This document shows positions 13,524-28,697 of a stretch of DNA of 56,549 nt, in pieces. The notes under the pieces are model-generated. The model was not told where the DNA came from, did no database searches, and saw only the letters and a program-made list of their open reading frames with translations. Within the stretch, counting starts at the first letter, position 1; every line of letters begins with the position of its first letter. This DNA comes from Centroscyllium fabricii. Taxonomy: Eukaryota. Position numbers and translations under genes: made by a program. The DNA lies in the NCBI GenBank assembly GCA_051313645.2, contig JBNRSN020001150.1, positions 1-56,549 of the forward strand, written 5' to 3'.

Positions 13524-15356
13524 ATGAACACAACCATCTTTAATTCAACCTTCCTCCTCATCTTTATTATCCTCTTATACCCCCTCATTTCGTCATTATC
13601 ACCTAAAAAAATAAACCCAAACTGATCATCTTCACATGTTAAGACCTCTGTAAAAATCTCCTTCTTTATTAGCCTAATTCCATTATTTATATATCTTGAT
13701 TCTGGATTAGAATCAATCACAACCAATTGAAACTGAGTCAATATTGGGCCGTTTGATATTAATACAAGTTTTAAGTTTGACATATACTCAATCATTTTTA
13801 CACCAATTGCCCTATATGTAACCTGATCTATCCTTGAATTTGCCATTTGATATATACACTCAGACCAAAACATCAACCGCTTCTTTAAATATCTTCTCTT
13901 ATTTTTAATTTCTATAATTATTCTAGTAACAGCCAACAACATATTTCAACTATTTATTGGGTGAGAAGGAGTTGGAATTATATCTTTCCTACTTATTGGC
14001 TGATGATACAGCCGAGCAGACGCAAATACTGCAGCCTTACAGGCCGTAATTTACAATCGTGTTGGTGACATCGGACTTATTTTAAGTATAGCCTGACTAG
14101 CTATAAATCTTAACTCATGAGAAATGCAACAGCTCTTCATTTTATCTCAAGAAAAAGACCTAACCTTGCCCCTCCTCGGGTTAGTCTTAGCCGCAGCAGG
14201 AAAATCCGCACAATTTGGCCTTCACCCCTGATTGCCCTCCGCAATAGAGGGGCCCACACCAGTCTCTGCCCTACTCCACTCTAGCACAATAGTTGTTGCT
14301 GGTATCTTCCTTTTAATTCGACTTCATCCCTTAATACAGAATAATCAACTGATTTTAACGACATGCCTATGTTTAGGCGCCCTTACTACCCTATTTACCG
14401 CCGCATGCGCGCTTACCCAAAATGATATTAAAAAAATCGTTGCCTTCTCCACATCTAGTCAACTCGGTTTAATAATAGTAACAATTGGACTAAATCAACC
14501 TCAATTAACATTTCTTCATATCTGCACACATGCTTTTTTTAAAGCAATACTTTTCCTCTGCTCAGGCTCAATTATCCACAGCCTAAATGATGAACAAGAT
14601 ATTCGAAAAATAGGGGGGTTACATAAACTACTTCCATTCACCTCTTCATCATTAACTGTGGGCAGCCTTGCCCTTACAGGAATGCCATTCCTATCAGGAT
14701 TTTTTTCAAAAGACGCTATTATTGAATCTATAAACACCTCCTATTTAAACGCCTGAGCCCTAACTTTAACCCTTATTGCAACTTCCTTCACCGCTATTTA
14801 TAGCCTCCGCCTTGTTTTCTTTACTTTAATAAAACACCCACGATTTCTACCTTTTTCTCCTATTAACGAAAACAATTCCCTTATTATTAACCCAATTAAA
14901 CGCCTTGCCTATGGTAGTGTCTTAGCCGGTTTAATCCTTACATTTAATCTTCCCCCAGCAAAAACCCAAATTATAACTATAACCCCCCTGCTAAAATTAT
15001 CCGCCCTATTAGTAACAATTATTGGGCTCCTTCTAGCATTAGAATTAGCCAACCTAACTAATACTCAATTTAAGGTCTCCCCTAACTTATTAACCCACAA
15101 TTTTTCAAATATATTAGGATATTTCCCAACAATTATTCACCGACTACTGCCAAAAACTAACTTAAAATGAGCTCAGCACATCTCAACACACATCATTGAC
15201 CTTACCTGAAGTGAAAAAATTGGACCAAAAAATGTTCTAATTCAACAAGTGCCTTTAATTAAATTATCTACAAAACCTCAACAAGGTTTAATCAAAACCT
15301 ATTTAATACTACTCTTTTTAACACTAACCCTAATTACCTTAATTATTCTGTTTTAA
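13524..15356 (+). CDS. ND5: NADH dehydrogenase subunit 5
   Basis: 1833 bp; [30 protein letters not shown]. Confidence 0.97.
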
Positions 15357-15874
15357 ATAACACGTAAAGTACCATATGATAAACCCCGAGTTAATTCTAA
15401 AACTACAAATAATGTTAATAATAATACTCATCCACCTAATACCAACATAACTCCCCCATTAGAGTATAGTAAAGCTACACCTCCAAAATCCCCACGAGCA
15501 ACTTCTATTCCACTTATTTCCTCTACCCCCGCTCAATCTAATCCCCACCCCTTAACAAAAAAATATTTCCCCACAAAAAAGAGGCCCAATAAATAAATAC
15601 TGATGTATAATAGTACTGATCAATCAATTAACGTCTCCGGGTAAGGCTCAGCAGCCAAGGCTGCCGTATAAGCAAATACAACTAACATTCCCCCTAAATA
15701 AATTAGAAACAAAACCAAGGACAGAAAAGACCCGCCATGTCCAACTAATAAACCACACCCAACCCCAGCAGCCACTACTAAACCCAACGCTGCAAAATAA
15801 GGAGAAGGGTTTGATGCTACCGCTATTAAACCTAAGACGAAACCTACTAATATTACGAACATAAAATAAATCAT
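15353..15874 (-). CDS. ND6: NADH dehydrogenase subunit 6
   Basis: 522 bp; [26 protein letters not shown]. Confidence 0.96.
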
Positions 15875-15944
15875 TATTCCCACTTGGACTTTAACCAAGA
15901 CCAACAACTTGAAAAACTATCGTTGTTCATTCAACTATGAGAAT
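15875..15944 (-). tRNA. trnE: tRNA-Glu (TTC)
   Basis: Between ND6 and CYTB; TTC anticodon on minus strand. Confidence 0.9.
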
Positions 15945-15948
15945 AATA

Positions 15949-17094
15949 ATGACCATTAATATCCGAAAAACCCACCCAATTATTAAAATTGTTAATCACG
16001 CTTTAATTGACTTACCCGCACCATCTAATATCTCCTACTGATGAAACTTTGGATCATTAATAGGACTTTGTCTAATTATCCAAATTATTACAGGACTTTT
16101 TCTAGCCATACACTATACCGCGGACATTTCTACAGCTTTCTCCTCAGTAACCCATATTTGCCGTGATGTTAATTATGGATGATTAATCCGTAATATCCAT
16201 GCTAACGGCGCCTCCATCTTCTTTATTTGTATTTACTTACATGTAGCCCGGGGGTTATACTATGGCTCCTACCTTTTTAAAGAAACATGAAATATTGGAG
16301 TTATCTTACTATTTTTGCTAATAGCAACAGCTTTTGTAGGATATGTCCTACCATGGGGACAAATATCCTTCTGAGGGGCTACAGTTATCACTAATCTTCT
16401 GTCCGCCTTCCCTTATATTGGAAATACACTAGTCCAATGACTCTGAGGGGGCTTCTCCATTGATAACGCCACCCTAACCCGCTTCTTCGCATTTCACTTC
16501 CTCCTCCCATTCCTAATTATCGGCCTAACTATAATTCACTTCCTCTTTCTCCACGAAACAGGCTCAAATAACCCAATAGGCATTAATTCTGATATAGACA
16601 AAATCTCATTCCACCCCTATTTTTCGTATAAAGATACCCTCGGATTCTTTACCATAATTGTCTTATTAGCAATGTTAGCCCTATTTTCACCCAATCTCCT
16701 GGGGGACGCTGAAAATTTTATTCCCGCCAATCCCCTTGTCACCCCGCCTCATATTAAACCAGAATGGTACTTTTTATTCGCCTATGCTATTCTACGCTCC
16801 ATTCCCAACAAGTTGGGGGGAGTCTTAGCCCTCCTATTTTCAATCTTTATCCTAATATTGATTCCAATACTACACACCTCAAAACAACGGAGTAACACCT
16901 TCCGACCCATTACCCAACTTTTTTTCTGAACTCTTATAGCTAATACAATTGTTTTAACATGAATTGGAGGACAACCAGTTGAACAACCATTTATCTTAGT
17001 GGGCCAAATTGCTTCCATTACATATTTCTCATTGTTTCTTATTATTATTCCATTAACTAGTTTTTTCGAAAACAAAATGCTCAGCCTAAGTTAA
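15949..17094 (+). CDS. CYTB: Cytochrome b
   Basis: 1146 bp; [29 protein letters not shown]. Confidence 0.98.
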
Positions 17095-17095
17095 T

Positions 17096-17168
17096 GTTTT
17101 GGTAGCTTAAATATAAAAGCGTCGGCCTTGTAAGCCGAAGACCGGGGGTGTAAACCCTCCCCAAAACA
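17096..17168 (+). tRNA. trnT: tRNA-Thr
   Basis: Copy of 340-412. Confidence 0.9.
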
Positions 17169-17170
17169 CA

Positions 17171-17239
17171 TCAGGGAAAGGAGGGTTAAACTCCTGCCGT
17201 TGGCCCCCAAAGCCAATATTCTGCCTAAACTGCCCCCTG
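17171..17239 (-). tRNA. trnP: tRNA-Pro
   Basis: Copy of 415-483. Confidence 0.9.
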
Positions 17240-18342
17240 ATTCCTAAAAATGGTGCTCCCGATTCCTAAAAAGGATGCCAAAACATCATTTTTTGGAGTA
17301 AGTCAGTTGTACATATATATGATATAGCCCCATTATCCTAATATACCACATACAACATACATGTATAATCACCATACATAGATATACCCCATCTATATAA
17401 CATATCTATGTATAATACTCATTCATCTATAATCCTCACCTTCATTACATACATGATTAACCCACATTTTTCTAATCTTTCCATAAATTCATTACACAAA
17501 TATTTCTAACCCACATTAATCTAAAAATCAATAAATCATATCCCATTAATACACTTAATCCCTATTTTTATGAGAATCAAATTTCTACTAGGGAAAACTC
17601 GAGACCACCAATGATTCCTTATAAAGTATATAGTGTACGGTTTGTAGTACTGTAGACAATAATTCCCCTATAAGTGATTAAATGCCGGCATTTGGCTATC
17701 TCAAACTACTAACAGTTCAATACGTATCACCCATCCAGACCGCTAGTTCCCTTTAATGCCATTCTACTCTTATCCGTATCAAGATTTCTCGAGCCTCCCT
17801 ACCTTTTTTTTTTTGGGATGAAAACAATCGCTAGGCCTACGGGCCTTAAAAAAAAGGCTCACAGTTAAATCCGAACACATCTAGACATTAATCTAATATA
17901 TTAAATTATTGAATCCACGAACAGTAGTCATTAAGTTGACCATTCTGTGTCAAGTGTATAGAGCCTATGAATTATGTAAGACACTATTTTATTTCGCGCT
18001 TAATATAACATAGGTTTAATAAATACACGTTATTAACCCCCATTAATCTTGGTAATACAATTTATTTAATGAGAGTTTACATTCAGTTACTTAACACATA
18101 CTTCACTATCGGACATAAACATTAGACTTTTCACTATTTTTTATAAAGTGCCCCTTGGGTAACGAAGAGAAGGACGACTGTTTGTTAATTTTTTTTTTTG
18201 GGAAAAACCCCCCTACCCCCCTAATATACAGAATGGCTTTTCTCGAAAAACCCCTAAAACGAGGGCCGAATGCATATTTTAAATTTTTTAAATGTGGAAA
18301 AAATTCACTATACATTGTTGCAGTTGTGTTGCACAATGTGAC
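17240..18342. promoter_or_regulatory. Control region (copy 2, haplotype A)
   Basis: Copy of 484-1586. Confidence 0.93.
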
Positions 18343-18410
18343 GCTAGTGTAGCTTATTGAAAGTATGGCACTGAAAATGCTAAGATGAGATTTAAAAATT
18401 TCCGCGGGCA
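18343..18410 (+). tRNA. trnF: tRNA-Phe
   Basis: Copy, offset 16756. Confidence 0.9.
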
Positions 18411-19366
18411 CAAAAGGTTTGGTCCTAGCCTCAGTATTAATTGCAACTAGAATTATACATGCAAGTTTCAGCACCCCTGTGAGAATGCCCTTATCAGCCT
18501 GTCAGCTGATAAGGAGCGGGTATCAGGCACACGCACGTAGCCCAAGACGCCTTGTTAAGCCACACCCCCAAGGGACTTCAGCAGTAATAAACATTGATTT
18601 TATAAGCGCAAGCTTGAATCAGTTATAGTTAGCTGGGTTGGTAAATCTCGTGCCAGCCACCGCGGTTATACGAGTGACCCTAATTAACACTTCCCCGGCG
18701 TAAAGAGTGGTTTAAGAAAAATCTCCAAATAATTAAAGTTAAAACCCCATTAAGCTGTTATACGCTCTCATGGGTGGAATCATCAACAACGAAAGTAATT
18801 TTATATCATCAGACCTCTTGATGCCACGATAGTTGGGCCCCAAACTAGGATTAGATACCCTACTATGCCCAACCACAAACTTAGACAATAATCTACCATA
18901 TTGTCCGCCAGAGTACTACAAGCGCTAGCTTAAAACCCAAAGGACTTGGCGGTACTCCAGACCCCCCTAGAGGAGCCTGTTCTATAATCGATAATCCCCG
19001 TTAAACCTCACCACTTCTTGCCAATACCGCCTATATACCGCCGTCGTCAGCTCACCCTGTGAAGGACTAAAAGTAAGCAAAAAGAACTATCTCCCATACG
19101 TCAGGTCAAGGTGTAGCGAATGAAGTGGAAAGAAATGGGCTACATTCTCTGCTAAGAGAACACGAATAGTGGACTGAAAACCCACTTCAAGGTGGATTTA
19201 GTAGTAAGGAAAAATCAGAGAGTTTTCCTGAAATTGGCTCTGGAATGCGCACACACCGCCCGTCACTCTCCTCAACAAAACCTTTATTTTTTTACATAAA
19301 ACCTTTATTTTATAAAGAGGAGGCAAGTCGTAACATGGTAAGTGTACTGGAAAGTGCACTTGGAAT
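18411..19366 (+). rRNA. rrnS: 12S rRNA
   Basis: Copy, offset 16756. Confidence 0.96.
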
Positions 19367-19438
19367 CAAAATGTAGCTAAATTAGTAAAGCACCTCCCTT
19401 ACACCGAGGAGAAGCCCATGCGACTTGGGCCATTTTGA
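19367..19438 (+). tRNA. trnV: tRNA-Val
   Basis: Copy, offset 16756. Confidence 0.9.
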
Positions 19439-21111
19439 ACATTAAAGCTAGCCTAACCAATTGTATAAACACAACCACATCAATTATATCCACCCCCCTA
19501 CTACCTAATTAAAACATTTTATGCCTTTTAGTATCGGTGATAGAACAATAGATCAGCGCAATAGACCATGTACCGCAAGGGAAAGCTGAAAAAGAAATGA
19601 AATAAATAATTAAAGTAATAAAAAGCAGAGACTCAACCTCGTACCTTTTGCATCATGATTTAGCTAGATTAACTAGGCAAAGAGATCTTAAGTCTATCTT
19701 CCCGAAACTAAACGAGCTACCCCGAAGCAGCACATTAGAGCCAACCCGTCTCTGTGGCAAAAGAGTGGGAAGACTTCCGAGTAGCGGTGATAAACCTACC
19801 GAGTTTAGTGATAGCTGGTTACCCAAGAAAAGAACTTAAATTCTACATTAATTTTTTCATGTCAACTAAGAATATCTTCTTAAGACTAAAAATAAGGATT
19901 AATAGCTATTTAGAAGAGGTACAGCCCTTCTAAATTAAGAAACAACTTTTAAAGGAGGGTAATGATCATATTTATTAAAGGTCTCTTTCCCCAGTGGGCC
20001 TAAAAGCAGCCACCTGTAAAGTAAGCGTCATAGCTCCAGCTTTTTACAAAACCTATAATTTAGATACTATCTCACAACCCCCTTACCTGTATTGGGTTAT
20101 TTTATTTAATAAAAGAACTTATGCTAAAATGAGTAATAAGAGGCCAAAACCTCTCCTAACACAAGTGTACATCAGAAAGAATTAAATCACTGATAATTAA
20201 ACGAACCCAAACTGAGGACATAATAATAATTTACTATTAACTAGAAAACCCTATTTAATTATTCGTTAACCCAACACAGGAGTGTACTAAGGAAAGATTA
20301 AAAGAAAATAAAGGAACTCGGCAAACATAAACTCCGCCTGTTTACCAAAAACATCGCCTCTTGCTCAACTTCTATAAGAGGTCCCGCCTGCCCTGTGACA
20401 TTGTTTAACGGCCGCGGTATTTTGACCGTGCAAAGGTAGCGTAATCACTTGTCTTTTAAATGAAGACCCGTATGAAAGGCATCACGAGAGTTTAACTGTC
20501 TCTATTTTCTAATCAATGAAATTGATCTTCTCGTGCAGAAGCGAGAATACACCCATTAGACGAGAAGACCCTATGGAGCTTTAAACACATAAATTAATTA
20601 TGTAAAATTATAATTCTACGGAAATAAACTAACTATATAATACTCCTAATTTAACTGTTTTTGGTTGGGGTGACCAAGGGGAAAAGAAAATCCCCCTTAT
20701 CGATCGAGTATTCAATACTTAAAAATTAGAACGACAGTTCTTATTAATAAAATATTTACCGAAAAATGACCCAGAATTTTCTGATCATTGAACCAAGTTA
20801 CCCTAGGGATAACAGCGCAATCCTTTCCAAGAGTCCCTATCGCCGAAAGGGTTTACGACCTCGATGTTGGATCAGGACATCCTAATAGTGCAACCGTTAT
20901 TAAGGGTTCGTTTGTTCAACGATTAATAGTCCTACGTGATCTGAGTTCAGACCGGAGAAATCCAGGTCAGTTTCTATCTATGAACTTATTTTTTCTAGTA
21001 CGAAAGGACCGAAAAAATGGAGCCAATACCAAATGGCACGCTCCTTTTTCATCTACTGAAATAAACTAAATTAGGTAAGAAAAAATTGCCTGCAAACCCA
21101 AGATAAGGGTT
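19439..21111 (+). rRNA. rrnL: 16S rRNA
   Basis: Copy, offset 16756. Confidence 0.96.
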
Positions 21112-21186
21112 GTTAGGGTGGCAGAGCCTGGTAAATGCAAAAGACCTAAATCCTTTGACTCAGAGGTTCAAATCCTCTTCCTAATT
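21112..21186 (+). tRNA. trnL2: tRNA-Leu(UUR)
   Basis: Copy, offset 16756. Confidence 0.9.
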
Positions 21187-22161
21187 ATGTTACAACATAT
21201 TTTACTCTACCTCGTAAACCCAATTGCCTACATTATCCCTATTCTCCTGGCCACAGCTTTTCTAACTTTAGTAGAACGAAAAATTCTTGGCTATATACAA
21301 CACCGCAAAGGCCCTAATATTGTAGGACCCTACGGTCTCCTCCAACCAATTGCAGATGGCGTAAAACTATTTATTAAAGAACCCGTACGCCCTTCAACAT
21401 CCTCTCCACTTTTATTTTTAGCTACTCCAATTACAGCACTTACTTTAGCTCTCCTTATATGAATACCCCTCCCACTACCACATTCAATTATTAACCTTAA
21501 CCTTGGTCTCCTATTTATCCTAGCAGTCTCAAGTATAACTGTTTATACAATCCTAGGCTCAGGGTGAGCATCAAATTCAAAATATGCTCTCATAGGAGCC
21601 CTACGAGCTGTAGCACAAACCATCTCTTACGAAGTCACACTGGGCCTCATCTTGTTATCAATAATTATCTTTGCGGGCGGATTTACACTTCATACATTTA
21701 ATTTAACACAAGAAGCAATCTGATTGTTAATTCCCGGCTGACCTCTAGCCATAATGTGATACATCTCAACATTAGCAGAAACTAATCGAGCCCCCTTTGA
21801 TTTAACTGAGGGAGAGTCAGAATTAGTTTCAGGTTTTAACGTTGAGTATGCAGGTGGTTCATTTGCCTTATTTTTCCTAGCCGAATATACAAATATTTTA
21901 ATAATAAATACCCTTTCCGTTATTCTATTCATAGGCTCATCATATAACCCAACAATACCACAAATCTCAACATTTTACTTAATAATAAAAGCAACACTAC
22001 TAACCTTTATTTTTTTATGAATTCGAGCATCATACCCCCGCTTCCGTTATGACCAACTTATACACCTCGTGTGAAAAAACTTTTTACCACTTACCCTAGC
22101 TCTCGTCCTATGACACATCGCCCTCCCACTCACCATAGCCAGCCTTCCCCCACTATCCTAA
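21187..22161 (+). CDS. ND1: NADH dehydrogenase subunit 1
   Basis: Copy, offset 16756. Confidence 0.96.
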
Positions 22162-22163
22162 GT

Positions 22164-22233
22164 GGAAGTGTGCCTGAATTAAAGGGCCACTTTGATAGAG
22201 TGGATTATGAAAGTTAAAACCTCTCCACTTCCT
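22164..22233 (+). tRNA. trnI: tRNA-Ile
   Basis: Copy, offset 16756. Confidence 0.9.
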
Positions 22234-22303
22234 AGAAAGATAGGACTTGAACCTATACCCAAGAGATCAAAACTCTTAGTACTTCCAATTATACCACTTC
22301 CTA
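22232..22303 (-). tRNA. trnQ: tRNA-Gln
   Basis: Copy, offset 16756. Confidence 0.9.
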
Positions 22304-22372
22304 AGTAAAGTCAGCTAATTAAGCTTTTGGGCCCATACCCCAACCATGTTGGTTAAAATCCTTCCTCTACTA
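22304..22372 (+). tRNA. trnM: tRNA-Met
   Basis: Copy, offset 16756. Confidence 0.9.
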
Positions 22373-23419
22373 ATGAACCCAGTAGTACTAACCATTATTA
22401 TTTCAAGTTTAGGATTAGGAACAATAATAACATTCATTGGGTCTCATTGATTACTAGTCTGAATAGGCCTCGAAATTAATACCCTAGCTATTATCCCCAT
22501 AATAATACATCAACACCACCCACGAGCAGTAGAAGCAGCTACAAAATATTTTCTAACACAAGCGACTGCCTCTGCCTTATTATTATTTGCCAGCATCACA
22601 AACGCCTGAACCCTGGGCGAGTGAAGCTTGCTTGAAATACTTAATCCAACCTCTGCCGCACTCGCCACCATCGCACTAGCTTTAAAAATTGGGATTGCAC
22701 CAATACATTTCTGACTGCCAGAAGTACTCCAAGGACTAAACCTCACTACAGGCTTAATTTTAGCTACATGGCAAAAACTTGCCCCATTCGCTATTCTTCT
22801 GCAACTCTACCCAATGCTCAATTCAAATTTACTATTATTCTTGGGCGTATTATCAATTGTAATTGGAGGCTGAGGCGGTTTAAATCAAACTCAACTACGA
22901 AAAATTTTAGCTTACTCATCAATTGCCCACCTTGGATGAATAATTACAATTTTACATTACTCCCCAAATCTTACACAACTTAATCTTGCCTTATATATTA
23001 TTATAACTCTCACAACTTTCCTTCTTTTTAAACTCCTTAACACTACCAAAATTAATTCTCTCGCTATTTCTGCAATTAAATCCCCACTCCTCTCCACAAT
23101 TACCCTAATAACACTTCTGTCCCTTGGAGGTTTACCCCCCCTTTCAGGTTTTATACCAAAATGATTAATTTTACAAGAACTAACCAAACAAAACCTAAAT
23201 ATCCCAGCCACCATTATAGCCCTAGCTACCCTCCTCAGTCTATTCTTTTACCTCCGCCTATGCTATACCACAGCATTAACTATCCCCCCAAACACTATTT
23301 ACCTAACATCCTCTTGACGAATAAAATCACTACAACCAAATCTTATATTAATAATAACCGCTTCACTTTCCATCCTGCTTTTACCACTAACACCTGCTAT
23401 TTTTATATTGACCCTCTAA
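22373..23419 (+). CDS. ND2: NADH dehydrogenase subunit 2
   Basis: Copy, offset 16756. Confidence 0.96.
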
Positions 23420-23487
23420 GAAATTTAGGTTAAATAGACCATAAGCCTTCAAAGCTTCTAGCAGGAGTGAAAATCCCCTAATTTCTG
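23419..23487 (+). tRNA. trnW: tRNA-Trp
   Basis: Copy, offset 16756. Confidence 0.9.
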
Positions 23488-23488
23488 T

Positions 23489-23557
23489 TAAGACTTGCAA
23501 GACTTTATCTCACATCTTCTGAATGCAACCCAGATACTTTTATTAAGCTAAAATCTT
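23489..23557 (-). tRNA. trnA: tRNA-Ala
   Basis: Copy, offset 16756. Confidence 0.88.
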
Positions 23558-23630
23558 CTAGATAAATAGGCCTTGATCCTACAAAATCTTAGTTAACAGC
23601 TAAGTGTTCTATCCAGTGAACTTTTATCTA
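23558..23630 (-). tRNA. trnN: tRNA-Asn
   Basis: Copy, offset 16756. Confidence 0.88.
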
Positions 23631-23672
23631 CGGCTTCCTCCCGCCGTCAAAACTGGGAGGCGGGAGAAGCCC
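23631..23672. other. OL hairpin
   Basis: Copy, offset 16756. Confidence 0.88.
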
Positions 23673-23735
23673 GGGGAGGAGTCAACCTCCGGTTTTTGGA
23701 TTTGCAATCCAACGTGTACATTCACTGCAAGACTT
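23667..23735 (-). tRNA. trnC: tRNA-Cys
   Basis: Copy, offset 16756. Confidence 0.87.
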
Positions 23736-23803
23736 GGTAAGAGGGGGAGTTTAACCTCCATTTACGGGGTTACAATCCGCCACTTATTCTCAGTCACCTT
23801 ACC
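23735..23803 (-). tRNA. trnY: tRNA-Tyr
   Basis: Copy, offset 16756. Confidence 0.87.
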
Positions 23804-23804
23804 T

Positions 23805-25361
<1,557 letters not shown>

Positions 25362-25432
25362 CAAGAAAGGAAGGAATCGAACCCCCATATTTTGATTTCA
25401 AATCAATTACATCACCACTCTGTCACTTTCTT
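25362..25432 (-). tRNA. trnS2: tRNA-Ser(UCN)
   Basis: Copy, offset 16756. Confidence 0.88.
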
Positions 25433-25435
25433 TAT

Positions 25436-26202
<767 letters not shown>

Positions 26203-26276
26203 CATTAAGAAGCTATATTGGGTTTAGCATTAGCCTTTTAAGCTAAAAACTGGTGACTCCCTACCACCCTTAGTGA
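26203..26276 (+). tRNA. trnK: tRNA-Lys
   Basis: Copy, offset 16756. Confidence 0.88.
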
Positions 26277-26277
26277 T

Positions 26278-26445
26278 ATGCCTCAATTAAATCCTCACCC
26301 TTGATTTTTAATCTTAGTTTTTTCATGAATCTTTTTTCTAGCAATTCTACCAAAAAAAGTAATAACACATTTATTTAATAATGACCCTACTACAAAAAAT
26401 GCTGAAAAACCTAAACCTGAGCCCTGAAATTGACCATGAACCTAA
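26278..26445 (+). CDS. ATP8: ATP synthase F0 subunit 8
   Basis: Copy, offset 16756. Confidence 0.95.
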
Positions 26446-27119
26446 GTTTTTTTGACCAATTCCTAAGCCCCTCCCTCCTCGGAATCCCACTAATTGCTTT
26501 AGCAATTATAATTCCATGATTAATTTTTCCTACACCAACCAATCGTTGATTAAATAACCGACTTATAACCCTTCAATCTTGATTTATTAACCGATTTACA
26601 TACCAACTTATACAACCTATAAACTTTGGGGGCCATAAATGAGCTACTATCCTAACAGCTTTAATATTATTCTTAATTACTATTAATCTCCTTGGATTAC
26701 TCCCATATACATTTACACCAACAACCCAATTATCACTTAATATAGCATTTGCCATCCCACTTTGATTAACAACTGTTTTTATTGGTATTTTCAACCAACC
26801 CACTATTGCCCTTGGACACCTTTTACCAGAAGGTACCCCAACATTACTAACTCCAATCTTAATTATTATTGAAACTATTAGCCTATTTATTCGACCTCTA
26901 GCACTAGGAGTCCGACTAACTGCTAATTTAACAGCTGGTCATCTTCTAATACAATTAATTGCTACCGCAGCCTTTGTATTAATTTCTATTATACCAACAG
27001 TAGCCTTACTTACCTCCCTAGTCCTATTTTTACTAACTATTTTAGAAGTAGCTGTGGCAATAATTCAAGCATATGTTTTTGTCCTTTTATTAAGCTTATA
27101 TTTACAAGAAAACGTCTAA
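26436..27119 (+). CDS. ATP6: ATP synthase F0 subunit 6
   Basis: Copy, offset 16756. Confidence 0.96.
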
Positions 27120-27904
27120 TGGCTCACCAAGCACATGCATATCATATAGTTGACCCCAGCCCATGACCACTAACAGGAGCTGTTGCTGCCTTACTAATAA
27201 CATCAGGCCTAGCCGTCTGATTCCACTTCCACTCATTGTATCTCCTTTATTTAGGACTGATTCTCTTATTCTTAACCATAATTCAATGATGACGAGACAT
27301 TATTCGAGAAGGCACATTTCAGGGCCACCACACCCCACCAGTACAAAAAGGACTTCGTTACGGAATAATTCTATTTATTACATCAGAAGTTTTCTTTTTC
27401 CTTGGATTTTTCTGAGCCTTTTACCACTCAAGCCTCGCCCCAACACCAGAACTAGGCGGATGTTGACCACCAACAGGAATTTACCCACTAGACCCATTTG
27501 AAGTTCCACTATTAAATACTGCAGTCCTACTAGCATCCGGAATTACTGTAACCTGGGCTCACCATAGCCTTATAGAAGGTAACCGAAAAGAAGCAATTCA
27601 AGCCCTAACTTTAACCGTACTACTAGGCTTTTATTTTACAGCCCTTCAAGCCATAGAATATTATGAAGCCCCATTTACCATTGCCGACGGGGTTTATGGG
27701 TCAACATTTTTCGTTGCTACAGGCTTCCACGGCCTTCATGTTATTATTGGCTCAACATTTCTAATAGTTTGTCTATTACGACAAATTCAATATCATTTTA
27801 CATCAGAACATCATTTTGGCTTCGAAGCCGCTGCATGATACTGACACTTTGTAGATGTAGTATGATTATTCCTTTATGTTTCCATCTATTGATGAGGCTC
27901 ATAA
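27119..27904 (+). CDS. COX3: Cytochrome c oxidase subunit III
   Basis: Copy, offset 16756. Confidence 0.96.
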
Positions 27905-27906
27905 TT

Positions 27907-27976
27907 ACTTTTCTAGTATAAATTAGTACAAGTGATTTCCAATTATTTAATCTTGGTTAAAGTCCAAGGGAAAGTA
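27907..27976 (+). tRNA. trnG: tRNA-Gly
   Basis: Copy, offset 16756. Confidence 0.88.
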
Positions 27977-28327
27977 ATGAACCTCATCATATCGTGTGCC
28001 GCAACGACAGCCCTCATTTCCCTAATCCTTGCTTTAGTAACATTTTGACTGCCTTCATTAAACCCAGATAATGAAAAATTATCCCCCTACGAATGCGGAT
28101 TTGACCCCCTAGGTAGTGCACGTCTCCCCTTTTCTCTACGCTTTTTCCTTGTAGCAATTTTATTTCTCCTATTTGACTTAGAAATTGCCCTTCTCCTTCC
28201 CCTTCCTTGAGGGGATCAACTACTGACACCACTTAACTCACTACTATGAGCAACAAGCATTATTATTTTATTAACCTTAGGCCTCATTTATGAATGACTT
28301 CAAGGTGGTCTTGAATGAGCAGAATAA
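27977..28327 (+). CDS. ND3: NADH dehydrogenase subunit 3
   Basis: Copy, offset 16756. Confidence 0.96.
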
Positions 28328-28329
28328 TA

Positions 28330-28400
28330 AGGTATTTAGTCCAAAAATAAGACCACTAATTTCGACTTAGTAAATTATGGTGAAAACCCATAAATACCTT
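28330..28400 (+). tRNA. trnR: tRNA-Arg
   Basis: Copy, offset 16756. Confidence 0.88.
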
Positions 28401-28697
28401 ATGTCCCCTGTCTACTTTACTTTTAGCTCAGCTTTCATTTTAGGCTTAATAGGCCTTGCATTTAACCGATCACATCTTTTATCAGCCCTACTATGTCTAG
28501 AAGGAATAATATTATCATTATTTATTGCCCTAGCCCTATGATCAATAACACTAAATTCAACTTCATACTCAATTACCCCTATAATTCTTTTAACCTTCTC
28601 TGCCTGCGAGGCAAGTACAGGCCTTGCCCTCCTAGTTGCAGCCACACGAACCCATGGCTCCGACCACCTCCAAAACTTAAATTTACTACAATGTTAA
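28401..28697 (+). CDS. ND4L: NADH dehydrogenase subunit 4L
   Basis: Copy, offset 16756. Confidence 0.95.

Noticed and set aside
13445-13942. 165-aa minus-strand ORF, and the other antisense or off-frame ORFs in the track
   Set aside because: These are shadow ORFs opposite ND5, tRNAs and other genes, produced by mitochondrial strand bias and a non-mitochondrial translation table. I recognise no domain in them.
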